From Octopus bimaculoides (Eukaryota), in assembly GCF_001194135.2 (NCBI RefSeq), contig NC_068985.1:84126414-84190413 (forward strand): 64,000 nucleotides of DNA. The letters run 5' to 3'. Position numbers and translations under genes: made by a program. Shown here piece by piece: positions 15,662 to 28,300 of the stretch (its first letter is position 1; every line of letters starts with the position of its first letter). The notes below the pieces were generated by a model. That model made no database searches. It worked only from the letters and a program-made list of their open reading frames with translations, and was not told the DNA's origin.

Positions 15662-16200
15662 CCGCCACAATGCACTTTACATTGTTATTGTTTTAGCTTT
15701 CAAACTATGTTACCCCATTGGCTGGAAAGGCACACCAACATTCCCCTTGAATGGGATGCCAGTCCATCACAGGGTTACCCATTTACAGCCGAGTGAACTG
15801 GTGTCATGTGATCACAATGCACAGCCAGTCTGGGAATTGTAAACACAATCTCGCAACACCCTAAACACAAGGCCATATACCTTCACACACATATACACTT
15901 GTGTGTGTATATCATCGCTTTCATTTCACGTCCAACATCCATGCTGGCATGACTTGGATGGCTTGATAGGATTCAACAGACCTGAGGATTGCATCAAGCT
16001 CTAATGTTCATTAGGTCTGATTTCTATGGCTGGATGCTCTTCCTAATGCAAACCACTTTACAAAGTCAATTAGGGGATTTTTTAATAGCACTAGCAGTAG
16101 TTAGGTTACCAGGTAACTTGCAAGAGAAAGAAAATTAACCCTGCAACTGAGTGGCATTGGTATGGGAAAAGAGGTAGCTTTATGCCACGTTTTGAGAGGC

Positions 16201-16525
16201 TTAACCCCTCCCCTGATGACCTTTTGGGGAAAACATTTCATTTTCAGACAAATCTTTTTATCAGACGTGCTTGCACTCTCATCTAGTGTATCCAAGCTTC
16301 TAATAGATGGTTCATACTCATTGTCATCTTTTGGGCTTGACATCTGGATGTAATTTATGAAAAATAAATAAAAAACAGATAAAAACCAAGAAATGCCGAG
16401 AATTGACGTATAAACTTGCCTGTGGCTGTTTTTAAAATTATGTTTTGGATGAGTTTATTCGTCACACTCTGAAAAAAGACAAATTGGGTGAAGACAAGTT
16501 AATGGTGTGCCAGGTAAGGGATTAA
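16201..16525 (-). mobile_element. Possible short, internally deleted piggyBac-like element
   Basis: TTAA at both ends (16201-04, 16522-25). Ends TTAA|CCCCTCCCCTG and TTAA|TCCCTTACCTG (reverse complement) agree at 8 of 11 positions. An internal minus-strand acidic N-terminus MSSPKDDNEYEPSIRSLDTLDESASTSD follows a polypyrimidine-CAG. No catalytic domain is visible. Confidence 0.4.
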
Positions 16526-17211
16526 AGTATGATAGAGGGACTGTCACAGGTATTTTGCTGTGCGGAGGATGCATAGGCATCCCACATTTTATATTAGTTA
16601 TATGAATTTCCTGAATCTGTGGAGTTAGAAATTCAAAATTAAAAGTAACAAGGATGTAAAGATAAAAGTATGTATTTTATTCTACCACTTCAGATTGTTA
16701 TTGTCATGCTAATTCAGCAACAACATCAGAAATGTTGATCTGTAATGATATTAATGGTGGTGGTGGTGGTGGTGGTGGCATTAGTATTGTTGGTGTTTAG
16801 CCACTGGTCTGGCTTGATTGAGTTGACCAATAATCATAGGCATTTTGCATATGACTATTCCCTTATTCTTTCAAGGCTTAGTATACCATGGACTACATTG
16901 TCTCATGTGCCTTGTTTTTCAAGATAGTAAAGATGATGTGATCTGAGGGAATGAATTTTAACCATTATTTGTTTCAGGCCCAACTTAGACGTTTCTTTCT
17001 TTACACATTTATGTTGTTCTTCTTAATGGCAATGGTGATGATGGACATTGAGAAGGAGGAGGAGGATTCTTTTCTGGTATACTTTTACAGAGTTCAGTTT
17101 ATCAGAAACATTTAGTAAACCAAACTACTAGGTGGAGGTTTGCAAGATCATAAAATGTCAGAGATCAATATATATATNNNNNNNNNNCATTCCTCTTATT
17201 TTTGTATGTTC

Positions 17212-17243
<32 letters not shown>

Positions 17244-18419
17244 TTATGGCTGATGCCAGTGTCATGTAACTGGCATGAATGCCAGTGGCATATAAGAAGC
17301 ATCCCTCAAATGGGTAATTTGCTGTGCTTAACAAGACTTGTCAAGCCAAGTGAGATTATAGTCGTGGCCGATGCCAGTGTTTTATAATTGGCACCCATGC
17401 CGGTGGCATGTAAAAAGCACCCACTACACACTTGGAGTGGATGGCATTAGAAAGGGCATCCAGCTGTAAATCAGTTTAGAACTTGGTGCTGCTGTCCAGC
17501 TAACCAGTTTTCAGTCAAATTGTCGAACCCATGCTAGCATGGCAAACGGATGTTAAATGATGATCATGAATATACATAGAAAGTGGGAGAGAGTGTATAT
17601 ATTTACATAACTAGTATACAAACTTAGATATATGTTTATATATGTATGTATGATATGCATATAATACACACACACATACACATAGGGATGGAGAAAGAAA
17701 GTGAGATAGAATATGTTGAAGTGAAAAAGCAAGAGGGGCAAAATATGATGATTTAAATCATCAGAGAAGAATATGGTGAAGCCATTGGAAATTGGATCAA
17801 AAGTGAAGTTATTATGGTTGTCAGGCAATGAAATCTATTTCAGAAAAAGATGGGAAGATAAGAGAAAGGTAAAGTATCTGGTTGATAAAAGAAAAATTTA
17901 TAAAAGAATGTACCAGATTAGACAAAAATAAGAAAATAAATATTGAAGTGAATGACAAGAAACAGTTGCGGTGTTGATGGTTATTTTATATTTTACAAGC
18001 TGAACACAGTAAAATTTGTCAGAATTTGTAAGGGTGGTGGCGGAAATTTTAAATAAATAAATGAATGAATGAATAAATATACAATATAAAATTTTTAAAT
18101 TTTGTCACAAGAAAAAAAAAATTAAATTATAAATTGTTTCATGTTTACAATCATGTAAATATAAAAATTAAAATGTTCTAAACAGCAAAGGAATTGCATT
18201 TCATTTAATGATGGCCAAAAAATTTTTAAAAAAAGATCAAAATGAAACAGAAAAATATTTGTTACTTAAAATTTTTGTGTTTCAGTCACTGACAGTAGAC
18301 ATTTGGAAAATTTCAAATGAAATTCCATCATTAAAATTAATTTATTTATTTATGCATTCTAATATGTTATTTCTTCTGATAGTTGTAACTTCAAACTGGT
18401 TTCAAATTTATAATTAAAG

Positions 18420-18900
18420 TTACAGTGGGATCATTAGGTAGGTTGATGGGGAAGAAAGATTTCATATGTAATGGAAGGATTTCATGAATAATGTACAGAA
18501 ATACTTAGCAAAATGGTACCCAAGAAAATGGATTTTTTTAACTAACCAGAAAGCTTTTTAGTTGGTGACAGCTCCTGTTTCCTTGGTGACCTAAAGATTT
18601 ATGGAGGTGCATATTACAAAAGCACAATAAAGAGAATAAGGATGTTGTGAAAGTAGTTAAAAGAGCAATCACTATCTTTTGGCAATAAAGGGTTTCTCTC
18701 TTTAAATGAAGGGCAGGTCATATGATGCTTGTGTATGAAGTGCAATGTTACATGCTATTAGGACATAGGCATTCAGCATGGATCATTTGTGAAAGCTGGC
18801 AAAAATGAGGTGTACATAAGCTATTGTATGTGGAATGTTGGCATGCATGAATGGTAGAGTGCAAGTATACTGAGAAATCTGAGAGATTAAAAACTAGACA
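18420..18900 (+). mobile_element. RTE-clade LINE fragment (C-terminal RT region), decayed
   Basis: Translation LVGDSSCFLGDL..GGAYYKSTIKRIR..LLAIKGFSL*MKGRSYDACV*SAMLHAIRT*A resembles the RTE pattern F-x-YLG...ARI...KG-x-LY-x-x-x-V-x-x-x-MLYG-x-ETW. Confidence 0.75.
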
Positions 18901-19999
18901 CTATACATATATGTAGTAGCATGCAAGTCTGAAAACTGTAGTGTTATGAACATATTAGTGATGAATATAGTGGATGACAGTTTGATGAAAAGATTGAATT
19001 AAAGGGAGCTAACAGAAGGTTACATTATTCGATTACATTATTCGATATGCTATTCTCTTCTGTAAGATAGTAAAGGTGCAATTTGAGAGAATGGATTTGG
19101 CCACACTTTCTGGCAAGTTGAGCAACTGCATGGAAGCATCTCTCATTGCCAAAGATTAATGATTTGATGGTTATATACCTGTGCATTTGATGACCACTGT
19201 TAGAAGAAAGATTGAGTATCTTAATCATGGCACCTGTGCTATTGAATTTATCTCTTTAGAAAATCCTCTCTCTCTCTCTCTCTCACTTTCACACCAGCAT
19301 CATATGTTTGTGTGTCTGCGTTTGTCCCCCTCCCCAACATCGCTTGACAACCGATGCTGGTGTGTTTATGTCCCCATAACTTAGCAGTTCAGCAAAAAAG
19401 ACCGATAGAATAAGTACTAGGCTTACAAAGAATAAGTCCTGGGGTCGATTAGCTCAACTAAAAAGGCGGTGCTCCAGCATGGCCACAGTCAAATGACTGA
19501 AACCAGTAAAAGAGTAAAGAGAATAAGTACTAGGCTTACAAAGAATAAGTTCTGAGGTCAATTTGTTTGACTAAAGGTGGTGCTCCAAAATAAGTAAAAG
19601 AGTAAAGCAGAGTTCTTTTTTTTAAACATCGACTGGCTATAGGCATCCAATAGAATAAAATAGGGATCAAAAGGACCCATGGGTGGAAAATGATTGGGAA
19701 TCTGTGAGTTTACCACTTTTACATTAATTAAATGTGAAGGTATTTCAGTTGATTGAACCACTAAATACTGATCATTGACTCTGACAGAGGTTCATTTACT
19801 TCATACTGTGTGAATATTTGTTATATTGATGCAACACATATTCCTGGGATCATGTCAGTGACCAGGTTGCAGTTGGTGCACTGGAAACTTTGACACCAAA
19901 TAATAAATGTTTAAGTGAAATTAACAGTTTATGTCTGCTTTTGTTTTTCCATTTTTCAATGACTAGTATGTGTCTTCTATGCTGGAAATGCTCTGTGTG

Positions 20000-20033
<34 letters not shown>

Positions 20034-20210
20034 TGTGTCTATTTACGGATGAAATCACCAAGTTGTAAATGGCTAGCCTTGCGACTAACTGAAATTCTGT
20101 TCAAGGGGAATGTTGGTCTGCCAACCTAGCAGCATCATTCAAAAGCTACAATTCTGGGAAGTGCATTGTGACCAGCAGTGTATGACAATATCCAATTGTC
20201 TGGCCAATAT

Positions 20211-20261
<51 letters not shown>

Positions 20262-20373
20262 TGTATGTATGTGTGTGTGTGTGTGTTTGTGTTTCCATTG
20301 AAACTGATACTGAAAGTTTGTCTTGCATTTCACCACTCCTCTCTCATTCATCTGACATAAATCAACATATGTA

Positions 20374-20441
<68 letters not shown>

Positions 20442-21892
20442 CAGTTGATAAATCACTTCGATGCTGACTCATCAAAATATTTGTAATAAATATGAACTCT
20501 ACACCAGGTACTGAGTACCTTTTCTGTACCAAAATATAAAACATTATCAATATTTTTATAGCTAAAATATACATATATAGTCTGTTAATATACAGGATTA
20601 TATTTAGGAAATTTGAAGATGTATCTGACATCCACAAATAAACACACATTCATATGTGTACATATTATTATTGCACGTATGCATGCACATATTTTGCATA
20701 TAAGACATTCACATTTATAACCCTAAGGGTGAACACCTATTATATTATTTTATTTGTGTATATTTTAGACATTCACATTATGCATGAAAGCCACTAGGTA
20801 CTAAAATATCAGAGAACCTACACACAAGGAGAAAATGAGAGAAATTAATACATAGATAGATATAATTAGAGAGAAAGAACGACAGCGGGGAAGGGAGCAT
20901 AGTATAGAAAGGTTTTCTCTTTTGTAACTAAAATATAAAATAATTTATTCAATTTTTTCCTTCATTAGTTTATATTTCTCTTCAGATATTTCTATAAAAC
21001 AATTCACTGGTTTTAAAAGAAAATTTGAAATATTTTATTTTTGTTTTTAAGTATTTTATAGAAATTAACCTGCAGAATGCAAACTGCCAATGAATTCTCT
21101 GTACTTTGCATAATAGTTATTCTGTCAATGTTGATAAAGCCTGTAGCAGCAGCATGACTGCCAACAAGTCTGTCCACTTGCATATAAAGTATAATCTACC
21201 ATACTGACCATAAATATGCACCAATAGTATTGTTGCTTTTTTTATTTTCTATATTTTGTTTTCCAAATTGATAACATTTTACAGGGTAAAAATTAGTCTA
21301 AAAACATGGTGGAGGTGGAGAATTACCAATATAATTGAAGCAAAAAATAAATAAATAAATAAATAAATAACAATCATAAACATTAGCAGAAAATAAATAG
21401 TTAAAAAAAAATTCTAAAAATTCTAAATGGAAATAAAATTGCTTGATGCAAAACAAAATTATGTTTTTGTTTTTGTTTTGTGGTGGAAGAGAATGTTATC
21501 ACTAGATTTGTATTGATTCTAGGTTATGTTGCAGCTAGAGAAAACGAACATACTTGTAATTCAGATTACGAGAATTGTGTAATTTCTTTTTATTCATACT
21601 TTAAGAAAGAAAGTGGAAAAAAATTAATAAAGAGATTTTTTTTTTTCTTTAGAAAATGTTATTACTATTTTGTCTTTGGTCAAAGAACAGTAAATTTACA
21701 GGACATCGTTTCCAATGATGACATTGTACTTCCTGATGGGGTGCTCTGTTAAAACACATGTTGTTAGTCAAATGAATACATATGTATGCATGCATATCAT
21801 CATCATCCTGTAACACCCGTTTGTACTTGGGAATATGCACACACGCACACATTTATATAATACTCATGATCATTGTATGAATAGATATATAC

Positions 21893-22231
21893 AATAAACA
21901 AGGGTACAAATTAGTACTGGCACTGCTTGAAATAAGAGTCAAAAGCAACTTGAAGCACTAACCGCATAAGTTGACAAAAGGCGAGGGAGCAAGTAACAGC
22001 AAGATCCTCTGATAAGAACTAAGATTATAGTTATCAGAGTTCGAAATCACATGATAAGGATATATCTTTTTATATACTTCCTTTTGTGAGTTTATCTCAC
22101 CATAGAAAGGTGATTTAGCTCACTCCCTTGCGTTTCATCACCTCATGAGGTTAGTGCTTTGTGTGGCTATTTGAACCGTTTTTGACTCTTATTTCTAGCA
22201 ATGTCAATACTAATTTGTATCCTTGTTTATT
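21893..22231. repeat. Imperfect long inverted repeat (MITE- or foldback-like)
   Basis: AATAAACAAGGGTACAAATTAGTACTGGCACTGCTTGAAATAAGAGTCAAAA versus the reverse complement of the right arm, AATAAACAAGGATACAAATTAGTATTGACATTGCTAGAAATAAGAGTCAAAA. Inner blocks AAGCACTAACC(G/T)CAT and GGGAG also pair. Confidence 0.85.
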
Positions 22232-22904
22232 AACTTGCCTTCAGGTTTGAATTGCTAATGGGCCACCTATATTGTAATAATATATTTAATATATTATAGT
22301 ATCTTATTTTATGTATACTATGTGTGTATGTATGTGTGTGTGTGTATTTGAATGAGGAACAATTTTTTTAAGGTTTATCATTCAAGGTGTTTTAATGTCA
22401 AAATTATTTAATGCAAAGCTAAATACGTGTGGTTGTGTAGTAAGAAGCTTCCTTCCCAATCACAAGGTTCCAGGTTTAGTCACACTACATGGCACCTTTG
22501 ATAAATCTCTTCTACTATAGCCCTGGGCTGACCAAAACCTTGTGAGTGAATTCAGTAGACAGAAACTGAAAGAAGTCTATTAATTGTGTGTGTGTGTGTG
22601 TATACACATGTATGTGTGTGTGTGTGTCTTAATGTATATAGACGGCTCAGCAGACTCCCTGGCAGATGCATATCCCTCTTCAAACTGGAGGTAGAAGACC
22701 GTTACCGCCAGTCAATATGTAAACAAATGAGACATAAAATAATAATAGTGGCTAGATGTAATATGAAACCAAAAAGGAAGAATTCAATTGTCATTAATAG
22801 TGACTGAGGATGCATTGTAGCACTTACATTGTTAGAAATAAGAATGAAAGGCCCTTATAGTCACAAACATAGCACAAGTTTATGTATATATATATCTATA
22901 TATA

Positions 22905-23465
22905 TATAGTTGAAATTTACAGAAAAACAAAAGACAATAACAGGTGTATAAACAACAAACAGGTGTATTAGTTTAATGCTTGGAAAGGTGAGAAAGTCTT
23001 TTACATTTTGAGACTATGCTCTTCAACAGAAAGGAACATGAGGAAACACAGAGAGAATAAAAAAAGCTTTTGGAGCTAGCGGTTAATTATAGCAGCTGCC
23101 TGGACAGAGGTAATTAGACAGGAGAGTTAGGAAGAAAGGGAGATAATAAAGTATTGGTGATCCCAAAACGAAGGTGCACTTGTGTGTGTATGTGAGAGTA
23201 AGTGTGTGCGTGTGGATAGAGGATGGTGACTTTGACATGTGAATGTGTGCATATGTATGCATGTCTGTAATGTGTGGGTGTGTGGATGATGGTGTGGGTG
23301 CTGGGAAGTGGTCAGTGCTAGTGTGTGCAGGGTGGTGTGATGTGGTGTGGTGGTATGTGGTGTGGCATGACAGTGTTGGGGTGTGGAGATGCGAGGGTGG
23401 AGTGTGGGTTTAGGGTGAGGGGGTACGGGTAGGGGGATGTGTGGGGTGGGGTGTTGTTAGGGTAA
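22905..23465 (-). mobile_element. Penelope-like element 3' region (C-rich tract plus terminal repeat with hammerhead-like motif)
   Basis: 22905-23045 is homologous to 50390-50535. On the minus strand a C-rich low-complexity tract precedes CTTT-CTGTTGA-A-GAGC ATAG TCTC-AAAA-TG-TA-AAAG. The element ends in (TA)n. No RT or GIY-YIG ORF was seen. Confidence 0.55.
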
Positions 23466-23589
23466 ATCTCAGCTGTTACCATTTGAAACACATCTGCTTA
23501 TTCTATTATTACATTTCAGATATTATTCAGTTTCTCAGTCTGAAGAATACCTAATAGGAAATTCCTTACATGCCTATCTAACTTGTAAA

Positions 23590-23945
23590 ACTTCTTCATG
23601 TTTTCATTGGTTGGATGGCTCTTTGGCAACACAGCCTCTTAGCATCTTGTTATCTGTTGCATTCTTTTGTCATCTGATGTGTGAGATTCAACATCCTTGA
23701 AATAAACTTTTACCATTTCTTCTTGTTTCCTTCTCTTCCATATTTTCTTGCCACTTGAATATCCTTGCTCCTCTTTAGTCATCTGTTTATCTTCCTTAAG
23801 CATCATATGCCTGTACCGACGCACTCTGTTCTTGCACACTACAACAGGATCCCTCTTGCACTTGGGTTATCTTATTAGTATGCATATGTGTTGTTACCTG
23901 TCGTGCAGGTGTATTGATGTAAAAGCTGTGAGTTACGGCATTTTC
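23590..23945 (-). mobile_element. RTE-clade LINE 3' fragment with 3' tail
   Basis: Frameshifted VQE..VRRYRHMMLKEDKQMTK..EMVKVYFKD..AVLPK resembles the RTE C-terminal RRLRWYGHV-x-R pattern. It ends in CCATCCAACCAATGAAAACATGAAG, similar to the SINE family D tail. Confidence 0.6.
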
Positions 23946-25232
23946 AGGTATTAACCTGTCACTTGTTTAAATGCTGCTGAGAACAGGCTGAGAAATATTT
24001 TCTGTTTTCATCTTAATCATCCAATAAAAAATAAATAAATAAATAGGTGCAGGAGTAGTTGTGTGGTAAGAAGCTTCCAGGTTCAGTCCCAGTGCATGGT
24101 ACCTTGGGTAAATGTCTTCTACTATAGCCTCAGGCTGACCAAAGCCATGTGACAGGGCTTGATAGACAGAAACTGAAAGAAGCCTGTGGTATGTATATAT
24201 GAGTATGTGTGTTTGTTCCCACCCCATCACCACTTGACAACAGGTGTTGGTGTGTTTATGTCCCCGTAACCCAGCAGTTCAGCAAAAGAGACTGATAGAA
24301 TAAATACCAGGCTTAAAAAATAAGTACTGGGGTCAATTCATTCTACTAAAATTTCACGGTGGTGCTCCAGCATGGCCGCAACCTAAAGATTGAAGTCGGT
24401 AAAAGATAAAAGATAAATAAATAAAAGAAAATAACGTGATTACTAAATCTGCCAAACATAACAGCTTAAATTCCTTCATATTACACCTTTACATTCGAAA
24501 TAATGAAGAACATGTTGAGAGATATAGTCTTTATTTAAACAAAAATATGTGATGGTCATGATTGGAATATACCTTTGATTACATATTATATTTCTGCTCA
24601 ATCAGAACTGACCCAGGGACTAAACAACAATAATTATAGCATAACGTCAAGCTAAACAGTTGAAATAAAACAAGGAATAAAATGTATCATACTCTTGATT
24701 TACTTCATGGCTGAGTTTGAGGAAAATTATTCAGGTGTGAAAAACCTTTTACTTGAGTTGTTCATACGAATGTACGTACTTGAAGAATCATCCATGGGAA
24801 AACATTGATGTAATGACATTAAGCATTGCAATAAATAATTAATAAATTAAATATATTTGAAAGAAAATTGAACATATTGTGAAAATGAGAATTCATATAT
24901 TCATATGTGTACTTTCACTTTCAATGGAATGTATGTGTGTGTGTGTGTATTTTTGTGTATATTTTTGTGCGTATGTGCATTTTATTTTTATTTTTTATTA
25001 TTTTACATCCATTGTTCCATAATGCTTGCATGAGTGGGATGATGTTTTATTGGAGTAAATGTTTTCACAGTTGGATGCCCTTCCTACTGCTTATGCATTC
25101 AGCTGTGAAATAGGAGTAGAACCTGCTTTTCTACCAGCCATTCAGTCAGACAGGCAAACTGGGAACATATACAGATATGTACTTTCCTTAGGAGCACGGT
25201 ATTACATAAGGGCTGTGATTTAATCTGATGAC

Positions 25233-25265
<33 letters not shown>

Positions 25266-25318
25266 ACTCACACACACTCATGACTGAATTTGGTCGTTGG
25301 AAGCTCTACAGGATGTAA

Positions 25319-25360
<42 letters not shown>

Positions 25361-28300
25361 TGTCCATGTGAATAGTACATTCTGTGCTTTCAAAGGTGAG
25401 TGGAATGAAAAATCTCTTATAAGGGTTAGTGACTGGTAGAGCATGCAGTTGTGAAACAATGCCTCTATAATATGTATTCTTCTAATTCATGTTAGCATAG
25501 AAAAACAAGTATAGAATGAATGACTATTTCTCTCTCTTTTCCCCTCTTTGTGTGTATATGTGTGTGTGTGTGTGAATGGGGGGAAGAGTTGGAAAGCGCT
25601 AAGACATGCGGTACAGATATTCACCAAGCAGTGCTCAGATAAATAAAAACTTAAATTTCAACTCCTGCATCCAGGATAGGTGAATCTGGTATAAAAGTTG
25701 GCTTTGAAAACAATCTTCAGAAAGCAGGTATAAAAGTAAAAAAGGCAGATAAACACAAGTGCACCTAGTGAATATATTTATATTGAATACAAATAAAGAA
25801 AATGAATGATATGCTACAATATTATGGACCTTTACCACATAAGAGACATGGTTATGACACAAATTATGGTTCATCCAAAACAGCTCTCAAGATAAGACTG
25901 TTACATCATTTCTTTGTATTTTTTATTCCATGTGAATACACGCATGAAGTCTATTTGCATTTATCTGCCTTTTGTTTTTTTTTACTTAGATTGTTGACGA
26001 CATAAAAATTTATAACCTTCAAAAGAATGTGAAATAATTATTCTTTGAAACATTGGATTTTAAAACAGATAAAGCTATAAAGAATAGCATGTAGGTACTA
26101 AGTTGAAAAGCCTTTTGGCTTGGAAAAATTAAGGGCTGTCATGTTTATAGGAGATGAGGGCTCATGGTCTGCAGGCAGCCTTTGATTTTTTTCTATCCGA
26201 AGTGTTTTTCAACCTAGTATTTTTAATCTTTTTTTAAATTTTTCTTTTCTACTAGTCATCCAACTTCAATTAGTAACACTATGAGATTCCAGAACACCAT
26301 AGTGTTTTCAAGTAGCTAAAGTGAGTTAATGACTTGCCAGTTCTATCAACTGAAAATAATCTGCTAACTTGATTGGTTGACTGAGATTGACCGTTGGCTA
26401 AAGTGGCTCTTCTGCCCAGACTGTGTCACATAGTTTCACTGAATGAAGACCGTATGTCAAAAGAAAATTAATAATCCCAACTTCACATCCACCCATAACT
26501 TCACAGCGATCCTGGCTAGGGAATTTTTTATCATTGAGGTTAATTCTTTCTATATACACTATTGAATGGCTGTTGATTCTAAGAGTTTCTCCACCCTTTG
26601 ATAGGTTTTGTCTTACATCCTGTAGGTTGTCCAAATCACCCAATTTATTCACCAACAACTTGACCATGTGAAAGGTCATACTGGGTTACATGTTAACAGT
26701 AGCACTCGAGAATGACTTGAGAATGACCCAGTATTTACATACTGTTATTTGTAGTTTTATCTGCTTTGAGATCTAAGGATTAAAAAAAAAGAAAGAATTT
26801 TTTATTATTTAGCAGTCCCAAATTGAGTCAAATTTGAAACAGTAAAGTAGTACTCAGCTAATTACACATTCTCATTGGTCATGGGAAGATGTGCACTTTT
26901 TTCACTTTTTGCCTGCATCTGTAGATCAGGGCTAACAATGCATCTCAGCATCTTTGTGCAATTCTGATCATGATTATTTTATTAAGAAGAACACCAGTTG
27001 CCCATGCAAGCAAGTTTCCCCTCTGCACATCATTAATGCTTATCCAAGGGAAGGCCACCAACTGGGGCCCATACAGTTTAGCCCCATTGTTAATGCAGGC
27101 ATTGCTGCCAGTGCAAAAAGACCTGGAACAGATACCAAAAGACATCTTGCTTAACTTTCCAACTACTCTGTTAATGCACCACCTCGGATTGTTACTCTTT
27201 TTTATTGATCCCTAAAAGAATGAAAGCCAAAGTAGGCCTCAACAAGATTTGAACTCAGACTACAGAGAATCAAAACAAATATTGGAAGGCATTGTATGTA
27301 ACACTTTAATGACTCTGCCGGGTTGCCACATTCTTGTACTCATATATGGCTTCACTTTAGATACTATAGAGCTCATATAGCTGTGAAAACCCATATAAAG
27401 GGCTTTTAAGGTAGCAAGAGGGCAGAATCATTAGCATGCTGGACGGAATGCTTAGTGACATTTCTTCTGCTTCATGTTGTGAGTTCGAATTCTGCTCAGG
27501 TCGATGTTGCCTTTCATCCTTTTGGAGTTGATAAAATGAGTACCAGTTGAATGCTAGGAATCAATGTAATTGACTCATACCCTTTCCCGAAATTACTGGC
27601 TTTGTGTCAAAATTTGAAACCAATATATAATGGTTTTAATCAATAGACTTTAAACTGCTATTGGATTATATAAGAATTACCCAATAGTTAATCATTCTCT
27701 GAATTTTCTCTTTGTGGAATACTTCTACTTTTCATCATCATCATCATCATCAACATCATCGTTTAACATCTTCTTTCCATGCTGGCATGGATTGGATGGT
27801 TTGATATGGAGCTGGTTAGCAGGGTACTGTCTAGACTCCAACTGTCTGGTGTGGGGCATGGTTTTTATTGCTGGATGCCCTTCCTAATGCCAACCACTTA
27901 GCAGAGTGTGTTCGGTTCTGTATATGCGCCACTGACACAAGTGCATTTATACAGCACCAGCATGGGTGTGTTAACACAGCACCTGCCCATGTGCTCTTGA
28001 AGTGGTGCCAGCACCTGAAAGGACAAGCCTCTCTATGTATGGAAAACAATGATTTTACTTAGCTTGATGTGTCTTATCAAGTACAGAAAATCGCCACATC
28101 TCCCAAAAAAATTCACAGATACTAATTGTACTCTATTAGTTAAAAGTGACCAAAAAAATACCAGCTATAGGCACCCTGTTCTTATTTTAGACATCTTTAC
28201 ATCATGATTTATTGAGATGTGACATGTACTTCTAGCAGGTTAATGACCTCATGGAACTCTTCTTGTTAGATTTCTATTTTTTTAGCAGATATGCAGGTAG

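Noticed and set aside
16211-16235. CTGATGACCTTTTGGGGAAAAC as a hammerhead
   Set aside because: No stem I or stem III can be formed, and there is an extra G before GAAA.
16382-16513. Plus-strand exon ending LDEFIRHTLKKDKLGEDKLMVCQ|GTAAGG
   Set aside because: In-frame stop upstream and no credible acceptor; the donor coincides with the putative piggyBac end.
26398-26679. 93-aa minus-strand ORF in unique sequence
   Set aside because: No recognisable motif, and splice signals on both strands are ambiguous; cannot support either.
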